From the NCBI GenBank assembly GCA_945903265.1, contig CAMDNQ010000013.1, positions 14,096-78,095 of the forward strand: a stretch of DNA of 64,000 bases, written 5' to 3'. Source of the DNA: Candidatus Sulfopaludibacter sp. SbA3 (lineage in GTDB: Bacteria > Acidobacteriota > Vicinamibacteria > Vicinamibacterales > UBA2999). Of this stretch, positions 51,023-60,550 are shown piece by piece (the stretch's first letter is position 1; each line of letters starts with the position of its first letter). The notes beneath the pieces were generated by a model. It ran no database searches and was not told where the DNA came from. It saw only the letters and a list, made by a program, of their open reading frames with translations. The position numbers and the translations under genes are program-made.

Positions 51023-52039
51023 GCCGGTTCGTTCCGGCTCCCAGCGCAGGCCGAGCGTCAGGATGCGTTCGAGGAGCCGCTCGTAGGAGGTCCCGCTCAC
51101 TTCGGCGGACTCGGTGAAGTCCTCGCCGTATGCGAGGTTGGGATTGGGATTCGCTTCGAGGACGAACAGCCGCCCTTCTTCATCCATGCGCAGGTCGACG
51201 CGGGCGTAGCCGTTCAAGTCGAGCGCCCGGTAGGTGCGCTTGGCGACCCGCTGGATGCGTTCGGCCGTCTCGGCGTCGAGCGGCGCCCGGTCGGTCATGA
51301 TGCCGTGCCGTTTCTGGTACTGGGTGCTCCATTTCACCCGCTCGGTGGCAATGCGCCACTTGTTGTCGGGCATCTTGTCGAACGACATCTCCCAGACCGG
51401 ATAGACGTCGAGCCGATGATTGCCGAGCACCCCCACGTACAGCTCGCGGCCGTCGATGAACTGTTCGACGATCGCCGCGGTGCCGAGGTTGTCATGAATG
51501 AACTGGACGCGACGCTCGAGCTGTTCTTCGTTCTCTACGACCGACGCCTGTGAGATCCCGGCCGACGCCTCGAAGAAGAGCGATTTGACGATCAGCGGGA
51601 AGCGCAGCTTCTTCGTGAGCCGCGGACGGCCGCCGCGCCTCACGACCGTGAACTCCGGCACACCGATGCGATGGTAGGCGAGCAGTTTCTTCGACAGCGC
51701 CTTGTCGCGCGCCAGAATCAGCCCCCGCGGATTGCAGCCTGTGTACGGCAGGCGCAGCAGTTCCAGATAGCTCACGACGTTCTGGTCGAACGTCGTGACG
51801 CCGGCAAACGCCTCCATCAGGTTGAAGACGATGTGCGGCTTGAAGAGATCGGCGGTCGGGCGAATGCTCCCCAGTTCGTCGTGGAGGCCGAGGACGCGCA
51901 CCGTGTGGCCCATTTCCCGCAGGGTTTCGATGACGTCGTACTCCATCTTCCACTCGGCTTCGCGTACGTCGATGCCCGTGGTGTCGTCGGGCGGCACCAG
52001 GTGGTCGTGAACGAGCGCCAGAATGCGTAGTTTCTTCAC
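51020..52039 (-). CDS. ATP-grasp enzyme (D-alanine-D-alanine ligase-like)
   Basis: The GTG start at 52039 gives VKKLRILALVHDH. The ATP-grasp blocks are LIVKSLFFEASAGIS and RVDLRMDEEGRLFVLEANPNPNL. The 502-aa track ORF is over-extended. Confidence 0.85.
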   Translation of the reverse strand: MKKLRILALVHDHLVPPDDTTGIDVREAEWKMEYDVIETLREMGHTVRVLGLHDELGSIRPTADLFKPHIVFNLMEAFAGVTTFDQNVVSYLELLRLPYTGCNPRGLILARDKALSKKLLAYHRIGVPEFTVVRRGGRPRLTKKLRFPLIVKSLFFEASAGISQASVVENEEQLERRVQFIHDNLGTAAIVEQFIDGRELYVGVLGNHRLDVYPVWEMSFDKMPDNKWRIATERVKWSTQYQKRHGIMTDRAPLDAETAERIQRVAKRTYRALDLNGYARVDLRMDEEGRLFVLEANPNPNLAYGEDFTESAEVSGTSYERLLERILTLGLRWEPERTG

Positions 52040-53061
52040 TAGAGAAACACCCTGTGCCCGCCGCTGTGGAGATAGTTCATCGCCTGCACGGTGAGCAGCA
52101 CGGCGAACTCCTGCCGCGCCTGGTCCTCGGACACCGCCAGCCGCAGCTTGAGCTCCTGGCTGCGGCCGATCATCTCCTCGAGCACCTGATCGATCGTGTA
52201 CTGGTAAATCCCGGTCCACCCCGCGACCAGCCGCCGCGTCGGACGCCGGTTGCGGGCGATGAACTGCGCCGCCGTGATGTTCCCCGAAAATTCTGGCGAC
52301 TCCGAGAAAAGCCGGCGCAGGTCGCGGTCGTAGAAATTCGGATGGTCGACGCCGTAATAGCGCCGCTTCGTCCGGTAGTGCTGCCGCAGCGTCTTCCGAA
52401 GCTTCGACAGCGGATCGATCTCCATGGGGTTGTTCACCGCCGCCGTCCTGCTCCGCACCGACGCCAGGAGCGCGTCCATGTATTCGAGCTTCTTCAGCGC
52501 GGGCCACCCGACGTACCGCTGCCGCCACTGGCTGGCCGGCGCGAGCCAGACCGCGAACGTTTCGGCAAAGTCCTCGTCGGGATGGCTCTGCGCGTACCAG
52601 GCGTCGAGATGGAGGACGTAGCTCTTGCTGTACGGCTTGGGGGTGTAGAACTCGGGATACGGCTTCGACGGCAACCCGAAGATCCGGCGCCGCTGCCGGC
52701 GGAGACGAAGACGGTAGGCGTTATCGATGGCATGACCGGCCTCGTGGCGCAGGATGCGCATGCACCAGTCGTACTCGCCCCCTTCCACTTCGAGCATCTG
52801 CGACTCTTCGAGCTTCGCCAGGCGCGGATGGGCCATGTAGAACGGGATGGCGATCGCCGTGGCCCCGTCAGGCGTAAACCACTCGTCCGAGAGGTAGAAG
52901 TGCAGGGAGAACCCGAGGCCGCGCGCGTCCAGGTCCCCGCGAAGCTCGGCCAGCCGTTCGGCGAGCGTGTCCTCAATCGACACCGGGAGATCGCACATCC
53001 GGATGTCGAGGAGCGACTCATCGTCGATGTCGTCGAGATGGCGGGGCGGAAGGCGGCGCAC
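52039..53061 (-). CDS. putative zinc-binding metallopeptidase (HExxH; Peptidase_Mx-like from memory)
   Basis: It has the motifs ILRHEAGHAIDN, PFYMAHPRLAKLE and HPDEDFAETFAVWL. I prefer the GTG at 53061 because the start at 53112 would overlap divergent pepF. Its stop overlaps the ATP-grasp start by 1 nt. Confidence 0.78.
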   Translation of the reverse strand: MRRLPPRHLDDIDDESLLDIRMCDLPVSIEDTLAERLAELRGDLDARGLGFSLHFYLSDEWFTPDGATAIAIPFYMAHPRLAKLEESQMLEVEGGEYDWCMRILRHEAGHAIDNAYRLRLRRQRRRIFGLPSKPYPEFYTPKPYSKSYVLHLDAWYAQSHPDEDFAETFAVWLAPASQWRQRYVGWPALKKLEYMDALLASVRSRTAAVNNPMEIDPLSKLRKTLRQHYRTKRRYYGVDHPNFYDRDLRRLFSESPEFSGNITAAQFIARNRRPTRRLVAGWTGIYQYTIDQVLEEMIGRSQELKLRLAVSEDQARQEFAVLLTVQAMNYLHSGGHRVFL

Positions 53062-53083
53062 GAAGGGATGATAATGGAAGCCT

Positions 53084-54892
53084 ATGCCCGCGACCGTTGA
53101 CCAGAAGTACACGTGGAATCTTGCGGAGATTTATCCGGATGTCGCCGCCTGGCGCGCCGACAAGGCGCGGCGTGCGGCCGAGGTGCCCGCCATCAGTGCA
53201 TTTGCGGGAACGCTCGGGTCGTCGCCACAGGCGCTGGCCGATGCGCTCGACGCGATCACGCGGCTCGAGAAGGAGATGTCGCGCCTGGGCGTCTATGCCG
53301 GAATGCTGTCGGACCAGGACACGCGCCTCAGCGAGCCGCAGGGGATGGAGCAGGAGATGCAGCAGCTCTATGCCGAGTTCTCGGCCGCGGCCTCCTATCT
53401 CCACCCGGAACTCCTGCGCATTGGCAGCGACACCATCGAGCGGTTCATCGCCTCCGAACCGCGTCTGCACATCTACGCGTTTCTCCTGCGGGACGTCCTC
53501 CGGCGGGCGGCCCACACGTTGTCCGACGCGGAAGAGAAGCTGCTCGCCGACGCCCAGCCGATGGCGGCGTCGGCGTCGAACATCTACGGCATCCTGACGA
53601 ACGCCGACTTCCCGTATCCCACCATCACCACGACCGACGGGCGATCCGTGCGGCTCGACCAGGCGGGTTACGCGGAAGTGCGAACGTCGCCGAACAGGGA
53701 GGACCGCCAGGCCGCGATGTCGACGTTCTTCACGGCACTGGGCGGGTTCAGCCGGACGCTGGGGACGACGATCAATGCGAGCGTCCAGCGCTCGCTGTTC
53801 TATTCCAAGGCGCGCAAGTACGCATCGACCCTCGAGGCGGCGCTCGACCGCAACAAGATCCCGGTGTCGGTCTACATGCGGCTGATCGAGGGCGTCAGCA
53901 GCCACCTGCCGACGTTCCATCGCTACCTGCGGCTCCGCAAGCGGATGATGGGCATCACCGACGACCTGCATTACTACGACCTCTATGCGCCGCTCGTCGC
54001 ATCGGTCGATCTGCGGTACACGCCGGAGGAGGCCCAGCAGCTCGTCATGAACGCCAGCCGTCCCCTCGGCGGTGAGTACGTCTCGGTCCTCCAGCGATCC
54101 TTCAACGAACGCTGGCTGGACTGGTATCCCTCCGAAGGGAAGAAGTCGGGCGCCTACTCGAACGGAGGCGCGTTCGACGTGCATCCGTACATCCTGCTCA
54201 ATTACCTGGGGCAGTACAACGACGTGAGCACGCTGGCGCACGAGCTGGGGCACACGATGCACAGCTACTACTCGAACAAGACGCAGCCCTACGCCCTGGC
54301 CGATTACCCGATCTTCGTCGCGGAAGTGGCGTCAACCTTCAACGAGGCGCTGCTGATCGATTACATGCTGAAGGAGATCAAGGACGTGCCGACGCGGCTG
54401 TCGCTGCTCGGGAACTATCTCGAGAACATCAAGGCGACGGTCTTCCGCCAGACGCAGTTCGCGGAGTACGAGCTGCGGATGCACGACATGGGGCTGAAGG
54501 GCGAACCGATCACCGGCGAGGCGCTCGCCAGCGTGTACCTGGGTCTCACGAAGCGGTATTACGGCCACGACGCCGGCGTGGTCGTCGTCGACGATTACGT
54601 CACGCACGAGTGGAGCTATATCCCGCACTTTTACAGCGACTTCTATGTCTTCCAGTACGCGACGTCGTTCACCGCGGCGGAAATGCTGGCGGCGCGTGTC
54701 CTCGCCGGGGACGCCGACACGACGGCGCGCTACCTGGCGTTCATCAGCTCGGGCGGCTCGAAGTACCCGATTGATTTGCTGCTGGAGGCAGGCGTCGATA
54801 TGACCACCGACGAACCGCTGACGGTCACGATGCGCACGATGAATCGGGTGATGGACGAGATCGAAACTATTCTGGGCAGGGACCAGCGCTGA
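53084..54892 (+). CDS. pepF: oligoendopeptidase F (M3B family)
   Basis: The protein is 602 aa with the zinc motif HELGHTMH and M3B-family layout. GGAAG lies upstream. Confidence 0.92.
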   Translation: MPATVDQKYTWNLAEIYPDVAAWRADKARRAAEVPAISAFAGTLGSSPQALADALDAITRLEKEMSRLGVYAGMLSDQDTRLSEPQGMEQEMQQLYAEFSAAASYLHPELLRIGSDTIERFIASEPRLHIYAFLLRDVLRRAAHTLSDAEEKLLADAQPMAASASNIYGILTNADFPYPTITTTDGRSVRLDQAGYAEVRTSPNREDRQAAMSTFFTALGGFSRTLGTTINASVQRSLFYSKARKYASTLEAALDRNKIPVSVYMRLIEGVSSHLPTFHRYLRLRKRMMGITDDLHYYDLYAPLVASVDLRYTPEEAQQLVMNASRPLGGEYVSVLQRSFNERWLDWYPSEGKKSGAYSNGGAFDVHPYILLNYLGQYNDVSTLAHELGHTMHSYYSNKTQPYALADYPIFVAEVASTFNEALLIDYMLKEIKDVPTRLSLLGNYLENIKATVFRQTQFAEYELRMHDMGLKGEPITGEALASVYLGLTKRYYGHDAGVVVVDDYVTHEWSYIPHFYSDFYVFQYATSFTAAEMLAARVLAGDADTTARYLAFISSGGSKYPIDLLLEAGVDMTTDEPLTVTMRTMNRVMDEIETILGRDQR

Positions 54893-56021
54893 CGATTTGA
54901 TCGACCCGGCTGCGGAAGGCCGCGGTCCACGCGTCCAGGTCCTGCTCGTCATCGGTCCCGCTGTAGAAGTCGTGGAAGCGCGCGTCCGAGAACATCCTGC
55001 GAACCTGCTCATCTGACAGCGCCGCCAGTCCCTGAGCGAGCTGCAACCGCCCGGCCTCGCTGATCTGCACATCGGGGTACGTCGCGCCACTGAATGGCAG
55101 GTCGCGCATCGTCACGCGGCACTCGCGCGCATCAAGCCAGATCGGCCGATCCCGCCACGCGGACAGATTTACCTTCACGGGCCCGAATGTCGCGCCCATG
55201 TCCTGGATCATCAGCAGCGGCTGCCCGCAGATGCCGTCCGGCGGCGCGGGAACCGGGTCGAGGCACACGAGTCGCTGGTTGTCCGACTTGTTGTCCCAGT
55301 GGGCCAGGAAGGCGGCGAGCAGGCGAAACGCGTCGAGGTCGGCGCGAGGCGCCTCCGATCGCGCGAGCTCGTACCAGGCCCAACCCTTTACCGTGTCGGT
55401 TTCGATGGCGGGCGCCTCGAATCGCGATTCGACCGATACCCACTCGAAATCGGTGTAGCCGCGCTCGAAACCGTCCGGTGCGAGCGGATGGGAGATATGC
55501 GCGAGCCGGAAAAGACGCGACAGCAGGAACGGAAACCGCGGACATCCGTAGCAGCGGAGTCGCGGGACGATGGTCACGTGGTCCGCCGCATACCCAAGCG
55601 TCGTCAGCAGGGTCGACGTCGCGGTTTCGGCATGAATTTCGGAGTTCCGCCCGTATTTCACTTTGACGACGTGGCCGCTTTCCAGCACGCAGTCGAATTT
55701 GGAGCTCGTGCCGCTCGGCTCATCGTAGGCGTAGCGGCACTCTACGAGGTCCGCAAGGGCATGGGCGGGGACCGCCTGGGTCGGCGAAAACGCGACATCG
55801 TCCAGGGAGACGGTCGCTGCCCTGTCGACGCGCGTCTGCGCACGGCGGAACGCGTCGGCTCGAACCGTATCAGCGGCGTCCTGGGGGATCAACCAGTCGG
55901 ATGATGGGAGAGGTGCGTATCGGATCGCGTGGGTCGCGCGAAGCGTCGCGGGGGCAACGACCCACGTCGCCACGCTGACGAGTACCAGCGCTCCTGCGAT
56001 GCCGCCTACGAGCCGACGCAC
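54867..56021 (-). CDS. N-terminally anchored protein with protein-kinase-like catalytic motifs
   Basis: The hydrophobic leader is GGIAGALVLVSVATWVV. It has VVKVKYG and EIHAE (Lys/Glu pair candidates), HWDNKSDN (HxDxKxxN, 55278-55301) and IQDMGATFG (DxG). Confidence 0.75.
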   Translation of the reverse strand: MRRLVGGIAGALVLVSVATWVVAPATLRATHAIRYAPLPSSDWLIPQDAADTVRADAFRRAQTRVDRAATVSLDDVAFSPTQAVPAHALADLVECRYAYDEPSGTSSKFDCVLESGHVVKVKYGRNSEIHAETATSTLLTTLGYAADHVTIVPRLRCYGCPRFPFLLSRLFRLAHISHPLAPDGFERGYTDFEWVSVESRFEAPAIETDTVKGWAWYELARSEAPRADLDAFRLLAAFLAHWDNKSDNQRLVCLDPVPAPPDGICGQPLLMIQDMGATFGPVKVNLSAWRDRPIWLDARECRVTMRDLPFSGATYPDVQISEAGRLQLAQGLAALSDEQVRRMFSDARFHDFYSGTDDEQDLDAWTAAFRSRVDQIVSAGPCPE

Positions 56022-56052
56022 GGCTCATCACAGAGCAACAACCGCGCCGCCT

Positions 56053-56961
56053 CTACAGAATGTTCTTGCCGAGCGCTGAGAGTGCCAGCTCGGTCGCGAA
56101 CTCTGCGGTGGTGTTCCGCACGTCGAGGGGCGGGTTCACCTCGACCATATCCAGCGCGATCAGCTGCCGCGAGTCGGCGACGATCTCCATCACCATGTGC
56201 GCTTCGCGATAGTCGAGACCCCCTTTCACGGGGGTGCCGACGCCCGGCGCGATCGCGGGATCGCAGACGTCCATGTCGAATGACACGTGAAGGCCGCCGG
56301 TCCCGTTCGACGCCAGGGCAATGGCGCGTTCTGCAACGACGGCAATCCCGTCGCGATCGATGTCCTTCATCGTGAACACGTGGACGCCGGACGCTCGAAT
56401 CTGCTCTTTTTCACGTTCGTCGAGGTTCCGGATGCCAAGGAGCACCGTATGCGTGGCCAGCACGGAGGGCCACGCGCCGATCGACGCGAGTTCACCCGGC
56501 TCGTTCCCGAGGAGCGCGGCCAGCGGCATGCCGTGCACGTTTCCAGAGGTCGTCGTCTCGGGGGTGTTCATGTCGCCGTGGGCGTCTACCCAGATCAGCC
56601 CGAGCGGTCTGGAGGCCGTGCGCTGCAGCCACGCCGCGCTGGCAGCCACGGAGCCGGCCGCGAGGCTGTGGTCGCCGCCGAGCACGAGTGGCAACGCACC
56701 CGCATCGAGGGACTTCAGGGAGAGGTCGTACAGCTTCGTGCAGACCTTGGCGATGTCGCGGATGTATTTCTTCCGCTTGTCTGCCGGACGCTTCGTCTCG
56801 GGGATCGGTGACGGGAGGTTGCCTTTGTCGACGACCGTCCGGCCCAGGGCGGCGAGCTGCTCCCCAAGTCCGGCGATCCGGAGCGCAGACGGTCCCATGT
56901 CGACCCCGCGCCGGCCGGCGCCGAGATCCAGCGGTACGCCGATGATGTGGACGGGTTTCAC
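56053..56961 (-). CDS. rocF: arginase
   Basis: It has the ureohydrolase Mn-site blocks GGDHS, DAHGDMNTP and SFDMDVCDP. The protein is 302 aa. Confidence 0.92.
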   Translation of the reverse strand: MKPVHIIGVPLDLGAGRRGVDMGPSALRIAGLGEQLAALGRTVVDKGNLPSPIPETKRPADKRKKYIRDIAKVCTKLYDLSLKSLDAGALPLVLGGDHSLAAGSVAASAAWLQRTASRPLGLIWVDAHGDMNTPETTTSGNVHGMPLAALLGNEPGELASIGAWPSVLATHTVLLGIRNLDEREKEQIRASGVHVFTMKDIDRDGIAVVAERAIALASNGTGGLHVSFDMDVCDPAIAPGVGTPVKGGLDYREAHMVMEIVADSRQLIALDMVEVNPPLDVRNTTAEFATELALSALGKNIL

Positions 56962-57596
56962 CGGGTCTTGTAACTGACCGACATGCCTTCGTGGGACGGC
57001 GAGACGATGGTGGTGAAGAGCGAGGGATGCGTCAGCACCGTGCGCAGAAACGGCTCCATGTCGTTCTTCTTGTTCACCACGTTGTGCGCCACGAAGACAC
57101 CGCCCGGCTCGAGGCGGGGATACACGAGGTCGAAGAACTTCTGGTAGTCGGGTTTCCAGGCGTCGAGGAAGACGAAGTCGAAGCGGCCCGGCAGCTTCGG
57201 AATCTCGGCAAACGCGTCACCGCGGATCACTCGCACGACGTCCGTCAGGCCGGCGCGCCTGATATTGGCGTCGGCTTCCTTCGCGCGCTGCGCGTCGTAC
57301 TCGACGGCCACGACGCGTCCGCCCGTCTCGCGCGCGCCGAGTCCCAGCCAGATGCCGCTGTACCCGCTCGCCGCGCCGATCTCGAGCACCGCCTTCGCGC
57401 CGCGGGCCGCCACCAGCATGCGCAGAAAACGCCCGTCTTCCTCCGACACCGCGAGCAGGCCCTTGTCCGCAGATCTGATGTTTCGAAGGACGCCTTCAAT
57501 ATGCGGCGTCAGCGCTCCGGTCGGGCGGCTGGTCTGTGCGGCGGGCACGCCTGTCCACAAGCTCAGCGCGACGGCGGTAACCGCAAGTAGGCGCAT
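56958..57596 (-). CDS. O-methyltransferase (caffeoyl-CoA OMT-like, class I) with N-terminal signal peptide
   Basis: The leader is MRLLAVTAVALSLWTGVPAAQ. It has motif I VLEIGAASGYSG and the block FDFVFLDAWK. Its stop overlaps the arginase start by 4 nt. Confidence 0.88.
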   Translation of the reverse strand: MRLLAVTAVALSLWTGVPAAQTSRPTGALTPHIEGVLRNIRSADKGLLAVSEEDGRFLRMLVAARGAKAVLEIGAASGYSGIWLGLGARETGGRVVAVEYDAQRAKEADANIRRAGLTDVVRVIRGDAFAEIPKLPGRFDFVFLDAWKPDYQKFFDLVYPRLEPGGVFVAHNVVNKKNDMEPFLRTVLTHPSLFTTIVSPSHEGMSVSYKTR

Positions 57597-57605
57597 GTCC
57601 GGATT

Positions 57606-58979
57606 CTATGTTGCGCGGACGAATTCCGCCGCGTGGCCCGCCGTGGCGCGGGCGTCGGCGATGCAGTCCGGGATGCCGATGGCGCGGAAGCCGCTGCCGG
57701 CGACGAAGAGTCCAGGCAGCGCGGCGATGCGCTTCTCGATAGCCGCCACACGATCGAGGTGGCCGACGGTGTACTGCGGACTCTGCCGGGGAAACCGATA
57801 CAAGCGCGTGATCAGCGGCTCACCGTCGATACCAAGGATCTCCGTCAATGCCTCCCGCGCCGTCTGAATCAGTTCATCGTCAGGCGCGTCGAGGCGATGA
57901 GGGTCGCGCCCGCCACCGAGGAAGCCGCGGACAAGCGCGCAGTCGGCGGGCGCGCGTCCCGGCCACTTGGAGGTCACCCAGGTCGCGGCCAGCAGGGGAC
58001 TCCCCTCGATGCGCGGGACGACAAAGCCGGTGCCGTTGAGCGGATGGGCGATCTGCGATCGGCGATAGCCGAAGGCAACCGTGGCCGTCGACGCGTAGGG
58101 AACACCTTCGCAGAGCCTCGCGAGCGAAGGATCGATTGGACGCAGGAGCTCCGCCGTCACGTAGGCGGGTGCGCACATGATGACGCCGCGGGCGTTGACG
58201 GACTCGCGCTCCGTCTCGACTGTGTATCCGTTCGCCGATGAGAGTCCGGTGACACGCGCCGACAGCGTCACCGCGCCTGAGGGGAGCGTTGCAGCCAGTG
58301 TTTCGACCAGCTCGGCGACACCACCCGGAAGCGAGACGAACGCGCCCTGGGTGGAAGGCGTCACGCGCAGCGCGCGGATTGCGCGCAGCACGCTTCCTGA
58401 CTGCCGCTCCGCTTCGACGAGCCGCGGAAAGAGCGCCGCGACAGACAGCGCATCCACATCGCCTGCGTGGATCCCCGCGAGAAGCGGCTCGGCGAGGTAG
58501 TCGACCGCTTCGCTGCCAAATCGACGCTGCACGAACGACGCGATCGACTCGTCCTGTCCGTCGCCGCGGGGAATCGCGATCTCGGCGGCCATCCGGATCT
58601 TGCCTCCCCACGAAAAGAGCGATCCCATGGCGAGTGCCGCGACGCTGACCGGGAAACCAAGAAACGATCCCTGGGCGAGCGGTACAAGCGATCCCTCCCG
58701 CAGCACGTAGGCGGTCCGGGGTTGCTGCGTGGAGATCAGGCGGTCGGCAAGTCCCAGCTCGCGGCAGAGCGCCACGGCAGCGGGCTTCTGCACGAGCAGC
58801 GCGTCCGGCCCGCCGTCGATCACCCAGCCGTCGAAGCGGTCGGTTCTGATAACTCCGCCGAGACGCGAGTCTGCCTCGAAGACATGAGCCGACACGCCGC
58901 GCAGCTGCAGTTCGTACGCAGCCGTCAGCCCGCTGATGCCGCCGCCGATGATGGCGACGTCAACGGCGCTGCGGTTCAC
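57606..58979 (-). CDS. hemY: protoporphyrinogen/coproporphyrinogen III oxidase (HemY/CgoX family, FAD-dependent)
   Basis: It has the FAD motif DVAIIGGGISGL and is 457 aa with HemY-type layout. It lies adjacent to hemE. Confidence 0.9.
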   Translation of the reverse strand: MNRSAVDVAIIGGGISGLTAAYELQLRGVSAHVFEADSRLGGVIRTDRFDGWVIDGGPDALLVQKPAAVALCRELGLADRLISTQQPRTAYVLREGSLVPLAQGSFLGFPVSVAALAMGSLFSWGGKIRMAAEIAIPRGDGQDESIASFVQRRFGSEAVDYLAEPLLAGIHAGDVDALSVAALFPRLVEAERQSGSVLRAIRALRVTPSTQGAFVSLPGGVAELVETLAATLPSGAVTLSARVTGLSSANGYTVETERESVNARGVIMCAPAYVTAELLRPIDPSLARLCEGVPYASTATVAFGYRRSQIAHPLNGTGFVVPRIEGSPLLAATWVTSKWPGRAPADCALVRGFLGGGRDPHRLDAPDDELIQTAREALTEILGIDGEPLITRLYRFPRQSPQYTVGHLDRVAAIEKRIAALPGLFVAGSGFRAIGIPDCIADARATAGHAAEFVRAT

Positions 58980-59009
58980 CCTGCTGTCTTCTTGCTGCTC
59001 GGTGCGTGT

Positions 59010-60053
59010 TCACGTTCGATTGGTTCGACGGGACGCACTGTGCACGTATTGCGCGAGCATCTGGACGTGCTCGACCGGCGTGGACGGCAGGATGCCGTGT
59101 CCGAGATTGAAGATGTGTCCCGGCCGCCGGCCCACCCGGGCCAGGATGTCGTCGGTCTGCGTGAACATCCGGTCGGTCGGCCCGAGCAGGAGCGTCGGGT
59201 CGAGGTTGCCCTGCACCGCACGGTCGGAGCCGATGCGGTCCCACGCGACGTCCATGGGCGTCCGCCAGTCGACGCCGATGACATCGCCGCCGGCATCGCG
59301 CAGATCCTCGAGGATCGCCCCCGTACCCGTGCCGAAATGAATCGTGGGCACGCGCGCACCGATGGTCTCGAAGATCCTGCGGGTGTGCGGCAGGGCGAAT
59401 TCACGGTAGTCCGCCGTATTCAACGCGCCCACCCAGGAATCAAATATCTGCACCACGTCGACCCCGGCCTCAATCTGCGCGAGCATGTAGTCGCCGACGA
59501 GCGTCGAGAGCCGTTCGCAGAGCCGGTGCCAGGCGTCTGGATGCCCGTACATCAGCGCTTTGGTTTTCGCGAAGTTCGAGGAATGTCCGCCTTCGATCGC
59601 GTACGACGCAAGCGTGAACGGCGCGCCCGCGAACCCGATCAGCGGAATCCGCCCCGCGAGCTCCGTCTGGATGAGGCGGATCGCGTCCAGCACGTGCGAC
59701 AACGCCTCGCGCGGCTCGAACGTCTTGAGGTTGTCGATATCGGCGGGCGAGCTGATCGGCCGTTCGAGCTGGGGCCCCTCGCCCTTGATGAAATCAAAGG
59801 GGAGCCCCATCGGCTCGAGCGGCAGCAGCAGGTCCGAGAAGAGGATTGCCGCATCGACTTCAATCCGGCGGACCGGTTGAAGCGTGACTTCGAGCGCCAG
59901 CTCTGGCGACCGGCAGATATCCAGCAACGAATACCGCTCGCGCAGCGCCCGATATTCGGACATGTACCGGCCCGCCTGGCGCATGAACCAGACCGGCGTC
60001 ACATCAACCGGCTCGCGCCGGCATGCCTTGAGGAATCGGGAGGAGGAAATCAC
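59010..60053 (-). CDS. hemE: uroporphyrinogen decarboxylase
   Basis: It has the signature PVWFMRQAGRYMSEYR and is 347 aa. Confidence 0.93.
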   Translation of the reverse strand: MISSSRFLKACRREPVDVTPVWFMRQAGRYMSEYRALRERYSLLDICRSPELALEVTLQPVRRIEVDAAILFSDLLLPLEPMGLPFDFIKGEGPQLERPISSPADIDNLKTFEPREALSHVLDAIRLIQTELAGRIPLIGFAGAPFTLASYAIEGGHSSNFAKTKALMYGHPDAWHRLCERLSTLVGDYMLAQIEAGVDVVQIFDSWVGALNTADYREFALPHTRRIFETIGARVPTIHFGTGTGAILEDLRDAGGDVIGVDWRTPMDVAWDRIGSDRAVQGNLDPTLLLGPTDRMFTQTDDILARVGRRPGHIFNLGHGILPSTPVEHVQMLAQYVHSASRRTNRT

Positions 60054-60054
60054 G

Positions 60055-60459
60055 TCAGTCCCTCACGGGACTGCTAAGGAGTTCGCGCGCGAGCGTCACG
60101 AGCTCCTCCAGCCAGAGCGGTTTGTACCGCAGCTCGGCGCCGAGCGCCTGGATCTCGGACGCCTGCGCGTCATCGAGGTAGTAATCGCCCGTCACAATCG
60201 CGACAGGCGTGTTGGTCAGACCGGGAATGGCGCGGATCGCGCGAAGGAACTGGAGGCCGCTCGTCAGCGGCGTCCGCAAGTCGAGGATGACGGCGTTCGG
60301 CCGATGGGTCTGGGCGAGGTTCAGTCCCTCGTCGGCCGAGAGCGCGGCCCAGACTTCATATCCTTCGAGGCGAAGAGTCCGCGAAAATGTGTCCGTCACG
60401 CTTGCATCGTCATCGACGATGAGCACACGAGGCGCGGTCGTGCTGGGGAGGGAGGACAC
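60055..60459 (-). CDS. single-domain response regulator (receiver only)
   Basis: It has canonical receiver residues: VLIVDDD, VILDLRTP, AIVTG and YKP. Its stop lies 1 nt before the hemE start. Confidence 0.88.
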   Translation of the reverse strand: MSSLPSTTAPRVLIVDDDASVTDTFSRTLRLEGYEVWAALSADEGLNLAQTHRPNAVILDLRTPLTSGLQFLRAIRAIPGLTNTPVAIVTGDYYLDDAQASEIQALGAELRYKPLWLEELVTLARELLSSPVRD

Positions 60460-60550
60460 GACCCATTGTGGGGCGAACCAGATCTGTCGTCAAGGCGGCC
60501 GGAATTCTCATGCTATATTCAGCCGGTTTGAGCCGCCTTCGGAGTTCTCG

